From contig CM120648.1 of the NCBI GenBank assembly GCA_051362555.1, positions 16,798,587 through 16,862,586 on the forward strand: a DNA stretch of 64,000 nt, written 5' to 3'. The DNA comes from Lingula anatina (lineage: Eukaryota; Animalia; Brachiopoda). Shown here piece after piece: positions 1 through 14,700 of the stretch. The notes beneath the pieces are model-generated. The model had not been told where the DNA came from. It searched no databases and saw only the letters and a list, made by a program, of their open reading frames with translations. Numbering within the stretch: position 1 is the first letter of the stretch; each line of letters opens with the position of its first letter. The position numbers were made by a program, and so were the translations under genes.

Positions 1-940
1 TGGAGAGCGTTTTTCTCGGCGAAATGTCAGGAATCGGTAGTAACAAAAGGTGGATTAAAAATACTAAAAGCAACTTCTTATCCCTTTTGGCAAAGATTAT
101 TGGTTCTATGAGTGAAATTCAGGAAAAATTTCAATTTAACCCCAGATGAAATTCTTTCACAACCATTATGTCAAAACTCAAAATTGAAAGAAATTGCAAA
201 AACTATTTTCCATAAAAGATGGTGTAAAAATGTTTTTTTTTTACATCAATGATATTATAAATGACATTTGAAATCCCCTGTCTAGAGGAACTCAACAAAA
301 AATCAACTTTAACACTAACTTTCTAGGCTAATTCAGCATCCAGAAGAGCTTACCATCTGAATGGCTATCTCTTCCCATGGAAGTAAATTGAGCATAGCTA
401 TCCAAGAAATAATTGACTCAATTAAACAAGTTACCAAACCATCCAGATATTTTTTCACAAAAAATCCTCCAAAGCCATAAAATATAACCAGATAAAGGTG
501 TAGGTGAATGGCAGACATATTTTTAAAAACCTTGAGTACTGATAATCGGGAACTAACATTTAAGAAACAGATCACAAGAAAATGAAGTTGCTCCAATTCA
601 GATTAAATCATAGAATATTCAATACTTATGCTTATCTTATGAATTTGAGAATTTTGCAATACTGCTAGGGAAAATATTCTGAACGTTTTTTGGGATTGTC
701 CACATGTAAAATATGTTTGGATGTGCATCATTTGCCCCGCTAAAGATAATTTAGGTGTGGTCATTGATAGATCTCCGGAGATATTTGTATTTGGGTTTGT
801 GCAAGCATACACTATTTATGTACCTATTTTAATAATTAAGAAACATGTTAGTATATGTAGAATGGGAACAGAAAGATCTGGGAACAGAAGGAACTGGAGG
901 GTATGTAAAATGCTACAGAGATATCTGTATATATATTATT
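1..940 (+). mobile_element. Decayed 3' end of an L1/Tx1-type LINE ORF2 (zf-RVT region)
   Basis: Broken plus-strand frames near 590-725 read QFRLNHRIFNT...FCNYC...FWDCPHVKYVW, typical of the C-terminal zinc finger of non-LTR ORF2; many stops and frameshifts. Confidence 0.65.
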
Positions 941-1072
941 AAATATATTTAATGTTAAATACTTGTTTCTGGGGTAATATGCTGCCAAGCAACTGTTGCA
1001 ATGGTTTACTTGGGTTTTTAATGCCTTAAAATAGTATAGTGATAGTTCTGATGGCTTGAAACATTATTAAAA

Positions 1073-2260
1073 GTTTGACGATTTGCGCAATTTCAGCGCA
1101 TCGTCAATCGTCTCTAACGACACTTCAGTCTGTTTTATCAATTTGAGGAAATAAAATAATTGTCTATAAGATAAACACACATTATCAACTTGTCTGTAAC
1201 TCTGTATGATCGATACAGATTTTCGACAACATTTGTCGACTATGATTCCATACGACAACTGTAGCACGTTCATAGACTTGCCCTTCAAGAAATCGTCGGA
1301 ATAGCTCCTTTTCCAATTTGAATTGGCACTAGAAAAAGTATGACAGCTAAAGCTCACAAATTATGCACATAGGTACTATGTCATGTAAAGAATAAGTGTT
1401 GTAAATTCCAATCAAAGCGGCTGCGTACGTTTTAAGGTAGAACGCCCTGAATGCGCAGCTTAGATTTCGACGAAAACCGGAAGTGCGTAGTAACGCCACT
1501 CATTTGGACTTAGAGAAATTTGGACTGAGAAATATTTTGTAGCTTATACAAATGTTCAGAAAATGGCCATACAGCTTGAAGAAAATTCACTAATCAAAAT
1601 TGAAACTGTGTTATATTATACAGAAAAAATTGTGCACTTCTGACCTCGACTTGTCAGTGTCAGTGTAAACAAAGTGTACTGAACGCACCGCAAGCAGCAC
1701 GTGAATGCCGTATTTGATACTTTGTATCAGACGCTTCATTTTACTTGACAACACGGTGTTTTACGATGTCACGTTCATGTTATATTCATAAATAAATAAC
1801 AACGCCAATAAACTATTTTCAACAACAACAACAACAACAATTTAGTGCAAAAACACCGATTTTCCCATTGATTTGAATGGGGACTTCCGATTAGTGCGTC
1901 ACGCAGGGTGTGACGCACTTCAAGTTGGCGTAGTTCTCTTATTTGGTCGGTGACCCCCAATTTTTTTGGCAAAATTTAAATGTACTTGGAGGCCTCTTTA
2001 CACAAAAAAAAAATTTTTTTTTTAATTCGAACGTCAGAAAGTCATAAAAAATAATGCTTTAGTGAAAAAACATTCATTTTCCCATTGATTTGAATGGGGA
2101 CTAGTACGATATGCAGGGTGTATCATATTTGGGCCTAGTTCTCTTATTTGGTCGGTGACTCCCATTTTTTTTTGCAAATTTTTAATGTACTTGGGTGTCT
2201 CTTCAAACAAAATTTAAAAAAAAAAAATTTGAACGTTGGAACATGTAACGCAGATCTACC
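1073..2260. mobile_element. Truncated non-autonomous TIR element (Kolobok-like), inverted copy of 61570-62964
   Basis: Reverse complement of about 61580-62943 with indels; right end ...GTAACGCAGATCTACC followed by TTAA (2261-2264). Confidence 0.75.
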
Positions 2261-2461
2261 TTAAATCATTTAAACTTAACAAGAAAGGTCCAATTAGCTT
2301 GTTACTAAGGTAAATCACTTCCTTAGCAACGGTTGCTAAGCAACGCTTTGAAATTTTGGGCACTACCCTTGAAAATGATCAGCATAGTCCAAAGAACATT
2401 TGTGCCAAGTTTCATGCTTTTTCCACCTTTTGAGCAATTTTTGCACCAGTCATCTAGACTA

Positions 2462-2749
2462 AGGGCAAATTTGGAATCTCCAAATATAACTTTCGGACTG
2501 CCATCTACAAATTTCCCCATAATTTCATCGGTTTGGGAGACATTTAGCATTTCATTGTGTAATTTTTTGACAAGGGTGCATTGCAATGAGCAACACACCT
2601 AGACCCATGCACCGAACAAGAGACGGGTATGCAGGCTTTTATTGTCTAGGAGGAGGAGCAGTAATGACAACTTGGCGGCGGATCAGGCAGGTGAGACAGG
2701 TTGGGACTAAAACCTGGTGTACAGCCAGTGCCTACGCTGGTGGTACAAT
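2462..2749 (-). mobile_element. Terminal fragment of the Helentron-like (HINE) family, next to a MITE end (about 2365-2461, ending GACTA)
   Basis: Matches 27000-27342, 45200-45529 and 60180-60525, including the terminal GCCAGTGCCTACGCTGGTGGTACAAT palindrome. Confidence 0.75.
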
Positions 2750-3171
2750 TAACATTAAAGGGATAACAACTCTTCATTTGGGATATAAAATATAATTTCC
2801 TGGGATAAACAGCAATTTTTCCATACTTACCAATGGTTAATGAATCCATTGCTACATTCAAAGTTAGTCCCTGTTTATTCTCTAAAAAGTTTGCTTTTTT
2901 GTAAAAATCTCTTAAGAGAATATTACAGAGTATAGCCATTTATGGTGGTCAAATGGTCAGATGGCAAGCACATATTTCAGATTTATTGTTATAGCTGCGG
3001 TTTTTGTGGTAAAATGTAATAATATTATATTTGTATGAGCAGTTTACAATGTATTTTTGTGCAATATTGATTACATACGAAGAGTTGTTGTCCCTTTAAA
3101 TTTGTGGACATGAAACAAGACAGTTACAGACATTGCATTTGAGTCATTACTAATCTAGATCCTGAATGATG

Positions 3172-3550
3172 CTGAAGCTTGGGGTTGAACCTCGTCAATA
3201 GATGCAACAAAAGTATAATGTTATAGTTACTATGGTGAAGCTTGGGGTTGAACCACGTCAATAGATGCAACAATAGTATAATGTTATAGTTACTATGGTG
3301 AAGCTTGGGGTTGAACCTCGCCAATAGATGCAACAATAGTATAATGTTATAGTTACTATGGTGAAGCTTGGGGTTGAACCTCGCCAATAGATGCAACAAT
3401 AGTATAATGTTATAGTTACTATGGTGAAGCTTGGGGTTGAACCTCGCCAATAGATGCAACAATAATATAATGTTATAGTTACTATGCTGAAACTTGGGGT
3501 TGATTATTGCCAATAGATGCAACAAAAGTATAATGTTTTAGTTACTATGA
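3172..3550. repeat. 63-bp minisatellite, about 6 copies
   Basis: Unit GAAGCTTGGGGTTGAACCTCGCCAATAGATGCAACAATAGTATAATGTTATAGTTACTATGGT recurs at 63-nt spacing. Confidence 0.95.
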
Positions 3551-3634
3551 TATCATACAAAGACAATATCACACTGAACATAAGATAATGTCTCCTCACT
3601 TCACAGTAACCCAATCCCCTGCCTGCTTACTTAC

Positions 3635-3823
3635 TGGCAACATCCAGTGGATGTCAAACTCAGTGGATGTCAGCACTTTGATGTCCTCTTCCTGATCCTC
3701 AGATACTTCCTGCTTTATGTGTATCTTGCAATCAAACACATCAAGTCCCTCTGTCATTTTTGGCCTCAGGGCAAATGTTACATGTTCTGTTTCATTTTTC
3801 AGCAATTTCACATACTTTATCAC
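3635..3823 (-). CDS. Gene L exon, UPA-like domain C-terminal part
   Basis: ttttag|GTG acceptor and CCA|gtaagt donor, 189 nt, phase 0-0; beta-rich VTFALRP...FDCKIHIKQ sequence following ZU5. Confidence 0.65.
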
Positions 3824-6800
3824 CTAAAACGCAAAAGGGTCTTTTTTAAGACTTATTTACTATCACTCTCTTTATCATTATCTATTATTATAGCTCTCTC
3901 TATCATTATCTAAGAAACTAATTTTGATATTTTCACACAAATCTACCAAAATCATCACACTACAGGCCCTTTACGCCTATATGGCATACCTTTGTTACAC
4001 AATATCCTTGTAAAATATAAGCAATAAAAGCCTACCTTTTTCAGTGCATAAAATGGCCTGCTTATTATAGTGTACATATCTTTGTTGCACACATTGAAAA
4101 TTAAAACTCATAAAAACCAACCTTTTTAGGAGAATCTTCATGCATGTTCCACTTTGTCTCAAACCCATCCAACAAAAGGCTGACATCATAGGACTCCTTT
4201 TCTTTGCTCTCACTGTACTCACAAGTTAAGAATTGAAACTTCTTTTCCAGATCTAACATCTCCATTTGGAGAGATTCCTTAGCTTTAGTTGTCACATTCT
4301 ACAACATTACAACAAAAAAGTATTTAGCCTTCAATAGCAACAAAACATTTTAGGGGTATCAAATGATAAAGAGAAAAAATGATCTCCACAAACAAATGCG
4401 ACACACATGATAACAAAATGATATGTTGGGTTATGTAATGCAAATAAACAATTGAAAAAAGAATGCACGTCATTATTCGAAATAATTAAAATTAACAAAG
4501 GCACTTAATGCAGTGACCAATTACAATTTTACACAGCTATTTGCAATCATCCACAGCACCGATATTATGTCAATATGTCAGGAATAACCATAACTTAAAA
4601 AAGAAACCCACTTGAGGTTAAAATAAAGCCTCACCTCGACCTCATCTCGGGTGTCATTGACACAGCACACCATCAGTTTCAGCAAGGGGGCAGGTCGAGG
4701 CCGAAATGACCCAAACACCAAGGCAGAAAGACGCTTACTGTCACATGACAAACTGTGTTTGCAGAACTGGTTCACAATTAAGATACATTTGGTGTTTGTC
4801 AACACAACAGAATCACTGCTCAATACTTTCCACTGACAAGGGGCATTTAAGTGAGTTTCTGACTGCCATACGTAAAATGGATTGTCCAGTCTTGAATTCC
4901 GAGTTCGATTTTCAGGATAGATCTTTCCCCTCTTTCTTTTACTTGTGCCTGATATGCAGTGATAAAATGACAGGTACACTGGTTTTCTGAACGTCAGGCC
5001 ATGTGGTCCGCAGACAACAACTGGACTTGCTCTAGTCTGACATGGTGGTAGTGGTGGCATGTCTTCTTCTCTCCAACTTATACCTATGAACATTTCTGTA
5101 GTTTCAGCCAGAGCTTCCGGAGGCACTAACAGGAATACTCCAACTTCCTTCAGATGAACATGTCCACCTTCTGTAGTGATGGAGAATTTCTTAAGGTAGG
5201 TATCTCTGAGAGCATCTCTCCCAATCTTCTCACTATCTTGTGAGGCAGAGTGCCTGGTCTGGGGTGGTGCAGGTAATTTTAAAAATCTTTCTTCTTGTAA
5301 CATACCACCATCTCTGTGTCCTATAACAATGTTTTGGAAGGAAATGGCAAATTAATAGAACTATATTTCTCCTGGTCATTATTTAACTGTAATCTATCCG
5401 AACAAAAATCTACAGATTCAATATATTAATATTTCAACTTCCTCGCTGCTATTTTCTGGGACAATTATAAAAAAAATTCCAATGTGAAAAAAATTAGTAT
5501 AAACCACCTTCAGGGACAGCCCAACCCCCAAGTATATTGAAAATCCTAATTGCCCCTGCATATCCCTGATGTTAGGATTATCAATATCTTCACATCAATG
5601 GCATAGAAGATAGCAGAAATGAAAATGGAAAAAAATTATTAATTATGTGTCTGTACATAAAAATACAGCGAACTGGAAGAAAAGCAACAAACAAATGAAA
5701 TTAAACATCAGAAAATCCAACTGTAATAAAACAAGGTATCAAGGAATTTTCAAGAACATCAAACTGATACAGAAAATAAATATATTAATAATACTTTCTT
5801 TTTTTAATATATATTTCACGAGTATGTAAAGTTCTTTGATAATTTACCTCCAGTATCACTTGGTAATGTCGTGGCAGGTGGGGTAACACCATGCTCCTGT
5901 TGAATAAAAGAAACCCAGTGATCAGATATTTAGATTATTTATTTATTTATTTATTTATTTACAAAATAAATGTATTTCACAAAGATACATTTACTATTTA
6001 TGTTCAAGTTATGACTGAGTCATGCTTCCATTATATATTTACATGACTTACCTTCTCACTTGAGTCTGGCATAAACCATAGTCTGTACACTGAATCCTCA
6101 GGTAGCCCTCATGCTGTGTGATCAGTTTCCTTTGGATCAATTGCCATCAGCTCCTCTCTGACCTTTGGCTTTCTCGGGTTTCTGACACACCATTCTAGCT
6201 GTAAATGTGGGCAGATGGTCTGCTTAACTTGCTGAATTTGCATCGAAACATGGTTCTTCCACTTAGCATATGCCCCTCGGATTGTTCTGTCAAACTTTGT
6301 CGTTGGGGGATATAAGGGAATCAGTTTGATGGAAGAGGATTTTGGTGACTTTCTCAAAGCACAACGAGCTCTTCTGAGTGGATCGATTACATATACAGCA
6401 TAATCGTAGTACAACTCATTTTGAAAGAGAAAAAAGTCACCTCTTCTTCTTAATCCTTTCCTACCTGCAGATGTGCCATTTTGGACTAACTTCACTGTAA
6501 GCCGGTTGAAAAGCACATGTGGCATAAAGTTATCTTTCCCTTGTATGAATAGTGTTCCTTCACTGCCAACCCCAGATTCTGGATTCTTGCATACCTGAAG
6601 TAAGCTGGGCACATAGAACTGTCGAGAAGTAGGCTTTTCTGTTGTACCTGGCTTGACATCCTGTTGCAAAAGGATGTTGAATTGTACCATAACACTGATT
6701 ACAATGGACTTCAATTCACTGTCATCTCCCCATAGCTCATCCAAGAGTCTTTCATCTAAGATGCCCCTCTTTAATGCAGACCAATACGGAGTCCCTTTGG

Positions 6801-9800
6801 CTTTGACATGGTGTTTATCAACTGCTATAATAGACCTGAATGCGTCTATCAGCCATGATGGATTCAAAATGACAGTGTCTGAAAGATCATCAGTCTGAAA
6901 ATGCATAAGATCTCCATTGTCATGATGGAACTGGAGGAATGACTTCAGCTCAATGGCATCCTGCATTCCAACTTTAAGAGCTAAATTTTGCAGCTCTTCA
7001 TACCTTATCCACCTTTTTCCTCGTTTCTCGGGTGCTCGTCGCAGCTGAAGATCTTCTTCTAATCTAATCCATCTTATTGGATTCTTCTCTCCCCAAGATT
7101 TTTGGCTTTCAGCAATTTTCATAATATATCGACGGAGATCAGATATTTCTTGATCTTCATCTTGACATGTGTTGTCAATTGCAAAGAAACGAGGATCAAC
7201 ATGCACACCACTTCTCTTCTGTTGTATATGCTGCCGCATTTTATTAAAGTACGCATTTATTTCTTCTTCGTGCTGTAAGAGAATGGGAGAATGTTTTTCA
7301 ACATACTGCAAGCTTCAACCACATATTTTATCAGTCAATTGTCATAATTACTTATTCAGAGCAGTTTAATTTTATTTATTATTTTTTGTTTGTTTGTTTG
7401 TTTGTTTTAGTACTAATGCCTACCTTCTCTTTGGGAACATTTTCCAGGTATTTGTCTTTATGCGTGCAAGCAATGATTATTCGGGGGGACAATACCCCAT
7501 CTTCACTCATGTTTTGCTGTTGCGCATAAGTATGGATTGCGTCTATCCAATAAACAGTAAAGTCTGGAAATAAATCAGACACATTTCAAAATATATTTTA
7601 CTGTTTGATCTGTTTGAATACAGAAAGCTGACATTGAAAGGATGAATTACAAGTATTCTAGGGATAAAATAGTAGACATTTACTAGCAATAGCACTTTCT
7701 TCCCAAGCAAGCCCTGAAAATGGTTTCATGAACCCTTTCCATTAAAACACTTGTGCAACCTGTGTAAGAAATTAAGGCTGGACTGTCTGCCCGGGGCTGA
7801 TAACTTTCAGAATGGGCTGAGAAGTTTTCCCAACAGCTACTTTTGAAGAGGACTGAACTTTTGGTCCAGCAACTAATTTTCTTAAGAGGCAAACACTGAG
7901 TACAACTGATTGTAAATCATAAACTAAATAATAAACAATTGTGAGCTGGTGGATGCCTTACCAAGAATAGTTCCTGAGAAGTGTTCAGCACCATGCCATT
8001 GGTCGTCAAGCCTGTCTGTTAAAGCAAGGCTCATATCAATGACAAGAATGTAAATAGCTCTGGGAGAAAGGAAAGTGTGGTGGGTGTTGTAATACACACT
8101 TTGCCCTCCAAAATCCCAGACTGCTAGACGAGGTGGTGGGTTTTCAATGTCGTATGAGCTTTCTGTCAAATGTGTTAAGACATCAGACGGGAGCTGTATA
8201 CTCTCCTCTGTTTTTAAATGGGACAAAGCCTCCTTGGAACTACTAGGGCTGGGCTGATATTCTGAAAATATAAATATTTCAGTATTAAAAAAGAATAAAG
8301 ACAATTCTAATCACTTAGTTGCATGAGGCTTATACACAGTGATGGCTGGATCATTTTTAGAGAGAAACAATTTTGAAACTAGAGGATCAGAGAGGCCATA
8401 CCACCTCTAAGTATTATACCACTAGCATTCATGGGAAAATGGTAAAAAAGCTAACATGAGTTCTCATTTTTTTTTTGTTGAATGCTACAATTTATAACAA
8501 AATCAAGGGGAAAAGTAAAAGATCAAATCCAAATTTGTAAAGTGCAGTTCATGGCGAAAAGGAGGTCAAATGTCAAATTCAAAGTCACAGAAAGACTGTC
8601 AATATATAAGTTCCTATTCAAGTTTATTAGTATCAACTGGCATATCTGTCAGTTTTGGAGATAAAGTTGTACAATTTAGCCCATGGTGAAAATTATGTCA
8701 AAGGTCAAATTCAAGGTCATAGTGAGATTGCCAGTGTACAGTGTATGACTTCTTATTCAAGTTCAATATTAACTATGGCCCTATCTCTGTCAGTTTTGGA
8801 CATATAAGGGATAGAAAAATTGCAAAGTTCAGTTCATGGTGAAAGTAGGTCAAAGGTCAATTTCAAGGTCACAGTTCAATTGCCAGTATATGACTTCCTT
8901 TTCAACTTCAATAGTAACTATGGACCTTTCTCTGCCAGTTTTGGAAATAAGGGACTAAAATTTTGGAGTTATAGTAATGTGCAATAAATTTCGCATAGAA
9001 GAAATTCATTGAAATAAAACAGGTCTTTCTGGTAGATATTCATGAAACGGGAGGTGCTCAGAAATTCCAAAGGTTTGAATTTCGTGAAATAATGTCATTT
9101 TTGACCAGAATCTTTTCCAGACTGCACAGGTTGCACATTTTATTTTCACCACCACAATGTACTTTTTGATACAGCATAACTTGTAAACCATATGAAAAAA
9201 AAAAAAACCTCTAAAAAGCTCTATCAATTGCAAAAAAAAAAAAAAAAAGTGGTCTCTAGCATTAATGGTTCCAGAACTGGGGAGAGTTTTCAGTTTTGGC
9301 ATCTAATGGCTGCTTCTCTTGTGAAAATTTAATGGACAGACTGACCCCAAACTCAAGGAGATGAAAGATGACCCTAAGGGTAGCACCTGCCAATTATATT
9401 ACAGATAGGTTGGGTCTGTGCAGTTTCTGAAAATTGACACAAATTGACATATGCTGATGGCAGTTTATTATGGGTTTAGATAATTGCAACAAATTTCTAA
9501 GATGTTAAAAACCCTACTGTACCCATTCCCTTCTCTTGTCCTCCTGTTGACGAAGTGTTCTCATCTTCACGTCTTGGGACATCTTGCCATAAAAAAGAAA
9601 TAAACATCTTAAAGAAAGCATAAACATAAAATAAAATACCACATGCTTGGGCCTTTTATTTTTTTTATTTGTGCAATGTGGGCATCCTTTCACAAAAAAA
9701 AAAAAAAAAAAGCATACTAGTAACTCTACAAAACTGAACCGATCAAGCTCGATCAAACTTGATCTGCATATTTCTCCAAACTTGATCTGCATATTTCTTC

Positions 9801-11645
9801 ATTTCTCCTTTAACTTTTAAAACAAAATAAGACACGGTTTTCATGTTATCTGCATAATGGTAGATTAAACATGCAGCAAACAAAAAACTGCATGAAATGT
9901 TTTTTTCCCACTCGTCTTGTTATCACAGAAAGACAACAGATGCAGAAGAAGGCTATTTGTATAGACGCATCCATGTCTGTACATAAAAATTCATTTTTTT
10001 ATTATTATTAGAATCCGTAGGCATTCGATCCATCACTGTCAGTCTACTAAAGTTGGGTTGTATTGCAATCGTTAAATAACAAAATATAAATCAAAAGGGA
10101 ACATTATCCACAAACTAAAGATAGTTTTTAATTGGCATCTTGACACAAAAAGAGACCATCACAATTGAAGTTCTTTTACAGAGCACTTTAAGATAACATT
10201 ATTGGTCACTCTAGAATTGCTTTGTTATTGTATCCTATTTTCAAGAAAGAAAGCTTAAACGTGATTGAACACTTATAAAATATATGGTTTGATTAATTTC
10301 ATTATCCTCTGTTTCTTTTTCCCTTCTTTGTTTCCTTCTTTTTGTTTATTACATATATATAGGAACTACTGACTTAAGCTAACAAATGTTTCTGCAAATT
10401 TACATCATTACATATACATGTACATCTCTATATCTTGAGTGTCACAGTACTTACATTTCTCCGCTTTCTCTGATGTTGGCGCATTAGTCGTCTCCACAAC
10501 TTGGCCCAAGGGTTGCAACTCTACAATAATTCATTCAAAAATTCAAATTAATCTTATGTTCATTAAAATCATTCTAAGAATATGCATGCAATATATTTAT
10601 AATATCATCTAATTTTTTTATGATTTTATGAAATTAGAAAATGTTTCTGCAGTTAATCATCAAGACACTTTTACACATATACATGTTCTAGTTCTAGTAG
10701 TTAGTTGTACACACACAGGAATTACCTGCATGACTTGCCCGGATTTCCTCATGTATCTTTCTCGTGTTAACAGCAAGCAAACGTGATATTGCTGGCCCAT
10801 GACAGTCTATGAATTAAAATAATAATTTAACTATTTGTCATAAAATACATGTACATGTTTTCTGTTTAAAGAGACTGAGGTGATCCAGTTGCCGTAAATA
10901 AATGATAGGAATTAAAGGAATTGTCCTTGCAGATTAATAAATCTTCAAGTCGTATATTTAGAGTTGAAATATATGAAATAAATTAATTTGAATAATGAAA
11001 CACTTTTTAGCTCTCTGAATAACTACAGTTGTTCTTACCAGCTTCATCTGAATTCCAACCCTCCTTTACAAGAACATAGTCAGTTTCTATACCATTAGTG
11101 ATTGGATCATTATCTTCATCATAGTCCTTTCCGAGTAGCCTCTTTCTCAGGTGTGTTTTACCTGCACCGTAATGGCCCAGCAGCATCACCCTTGCCCTCT
11201 TTACTCTTTCAAAGCCATCCTTACATGCCCGTTGATATGCTTCTTGTAGAAGAGGGTCTTGTCTATTGATTTCCTCTGAAAACTGACCTGAAACATTAAA
11301 GCTGCATTTTAGTCATAGTTTTGGTACAAAACTCAACCAAACATCTCTATATTGTTTCAAATAAAACAGTGGATATTTAAAATGGAATATGTCAGATCCA
11401 AAGGCATGTCTATATTAAAAAAAAAAACTAGAAATGGCATGATAATGATTAAAATATTCGACAAAGAAAATGCAGTATGCAGCCGTGCATCTGTCATTCT
11501 GACAGCCAGTTTAAGTTATACGAAGTCCATTGAGAGCTTGCGCTTCAGCAAGGCCTCTATTGATAATATAACAGATATGATAAAAGATGACATCGCGCCT
11601 GCTACCAACAGAATGCACGTAATCTCTGCGAGAGACCAAGTAATT

Positions 11646-11722
<77 letters not shown>

Positions 11723-14700
11723 CAAAGTCACGGTTACCTCAACCTGTCTATCTATAACTGGGTACCGAGAACTGTCAACATTGTTAACATCACTCCATCA
11801 CATTTACAGTAAATTATTCTTCTTAGTATTAGCTGACCTTGCAAGGAAGTTTATTGGAATATATTTCTGAGTAACAAGTAACGAAAATTCACTAGTTCAC
11901 TAAAGACACAGAAAAACTGTCTCTTTTACTTAAATCACCTTTTTTTAATATTTACAGCATTGGTTAACATAGTATCACGTTTTCAATAATTAATATTTTA
12001 AACTAGAATCCATGTCTTGCAACACGACGACATAACAACAACGTTGAGTCAATGACCAAAATACAACGTTGAGTCAAAATCACATAACACACACTGGACA
12101 ATAGAAGTGTCACCCCCTAAATCAGACTAATAAAAGTAGGCAGATCGTGGGTAGCTATAATGTCTGTTCTAATTATAATGTGACTAATGAGTATAAAACC
12201 GCTCTACCATGGAATTGTATTGTTGGTCTTGTACATGTACAGCAAATGTCATTCCTGTCTTCTTCCAATATGGCAAGATACAGGCAATTATCTAACGTTT
12301 GTAGGTGCAGGTTATTAAAGGAGAATGGTCATATAAAAATCTATTTCTCGACTTTTGAAGATTCAACACTCAATCTTTACACTAGAGGTACATTTTAATC
12401 GATCCCCGCCATTTAAAAATTATATAAACAATCTATTAGTAGTAAAAAAGCGTTTTAGTAAACCTCACCTCAATATGCATAAATGAAGCAACAGATCTGG
12501 GTCACGTGGTACTGTGACGACAATTAGGATAAAGGTCTATGAGACTCATCTGAGCTGCATGGTGCAAACAGACAGAATAATTTTGGAAAGTTGTGTTGAA
12601 CGGAGTTGAGCAATTTTCTTAATGCCTCAGTGTGTTGCCGTGGGATTCACCAAAATTGCAGCACTCCTTGACTATCTCTCTTTGTCTGTGACGGTCTTCC
12701 GTGACTAACTTACTAACTTCGGTGACAATAGATGCGATGCTCGCGATCTCGGTCTACTCAGGTGTTTTAGATCATATCAAAAGCTGATAGTCTTTTAGAT
12801 ACTGTCATCAGTTTACTAATTGCTGATGCATTTTTAAATGCATTGTAGTTGACCACGAGCTCGTTAACGATAAAACCTGTTAATTATGCACCGCTGCACT
12901 TCCCAACCCAGGTAATAACAGGTAAGAAACTCGTCTTGGTGGGCTTTCATATTTTTCAATATATCTCATTTATTTCATGGGGTTATTTTATTGGTATTTG
13001 TAAATGACGTTAAATATCAATATTTAAACAATTAAGTTCAAACACGGTCGCCAACATTAATAAAAGAAATTGCTCTCAGGGTATCTTGAAGCATGCGTAT
13101 GCCCAGGCTATACTTCCGTGGAAGAAAACGTGTTGAGGAAAAACAGGAAAAAGAGCATTATATTAAAGAAAAAATGGGAACTGCTGTAATAAAATGGTTC
13201 GTAATCCTAATTCGTTTATGCTTTGAGGATTTGTTTCTGAAGATTATTTCATCTGAAATGTTAAATAATTTAAAAGATTGGACATTTTATAACTTGAAAC
13301 GCAAATTCTGCGTCTGTACGCAAAACTTTTTGCAAATTTGTAAGCTTATAACACCGTGCTATAAAGGTCTACCCAAAAAAAAATTTGCTTGGGTAAAATT
13401 GAGTACGGAATGAACTGGAGACACTTGGCTTGTCATTTAGTTTACACCATAATATGTCAGATAACTTTATACTGTAAAAGAGTAAAGATTGAAGGATAAT
13501 TTTAGACAAACTTTGACGGGGGAAATATCTACATAGAGTAAAGGGCTATTTCGCCAACATCTTGTTGAAAATTTTACACTGCAATTCTATTTAAATAAGC
13601 TAAGGAACTAATTGCCAAATTTAGACTCTCATCACATAACAGAGCGTAACCAGACCTGCAAAAAATTGTACGCACAGATTTAAAAAAATACAAGCACATA
13701 CAGCAAAATGTAGACTTACGCAAAACATGAAGGACAGCGTAATCACAGCAAATGTACCTCATATAGTAGCTTAATATCCATTAATAATAAAATCATCATT
13801 TAAGTCAAAAATATTCTCGCGATTTTTAATAAATATTCTAATTTACCCAGAACGGTATATTTATTTAAAAGGCGGCTAACTGAAATATAGTTTTATGATT
13901 TGTTTGTGAAAATTGCTCATGTCACCCTGTTAGTTTGGAGGACTAAGCTGGATCAAGTCCATGTTAAGATTCCTATGAAGCTCTGCAGGAAAATTTCTTC
14001 CTTTGTTTCTCTAGCTCCTCAATAAGCCTGGTGTTCACATTTTATCTAGTACCCCCAGGTCTACGGTAGCTGCTCTTTGAAACTAACGCACAGGTAGATT
14101 TTTACCTGAGATTACTGAGTAAAGCTTAGAGTGCGTTCGATACAAGCAAGACAAATTAAATGCCATTTAACCCTCTAATTCAGAGGTAAAGGAAGTTCTA
14201 GTTAGATGGATGATTAAGATAGGACTTGTAAAGATAACGGGCTTTGTTTACCTCAGTTTAATAAAAGTATGCAAGACGGAGTGTCAGCGGTTTAATAAAA
14301 TTAATTGAATTTCACAAATAACATGGACCTCATATGCAATAATCAGCAGTACCCTTAACTCATTCAAATGCAGTGTTTTATACAGCTTGGGACAACCATA
14401 ATTAAATGCTTGTTAAAGAATTGACTAGACGGGAAATGGTTTTACACAGCCCCACGAGGATTTACACCCCCCGGTTAAGAGATTTGAATGAGTATAAACT
14501 TTAATCAGAAGCCAGAGAAGTCATCTTACAGGTAGACAATGCAGCTGAGTTTGACAGCTAAGCACGCTCTGTTCTCCAGTGGCTCGATTGTCGTCATCGG
14601 ACCACGTGACCACGTAGCTCATTAACTCCCAGGCCGAGTAAATAGGGCGTTTTTTAAAGCCAAAAATTTACAAAATGAGCTTTTAATTTGTGTATTTGGA

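Noticed and set aside
3124-3525. 133-aa ORF of 21-aa repeats as a further gene L exon
   Set aside because: It is the translation of a 63-bp minisatellite; a unit length divisible by 3 explains the open frame, and no convincing splice sites were seen.
6109-6111. Selenocysteine codon
   Set aside because: No SECIS can be assessed, the position is not a redox motif and ROCO proteins are not known selenoproteins; a nonsense mutation is simpler.
11352-11870. 172-aa and 71-aa ORFs with IY repeats, and a possible exon at about 11738-11866
   Set aside because: The ORFs run through a (TA)n microsatellite; the candidate exon has a stop in the required phase.
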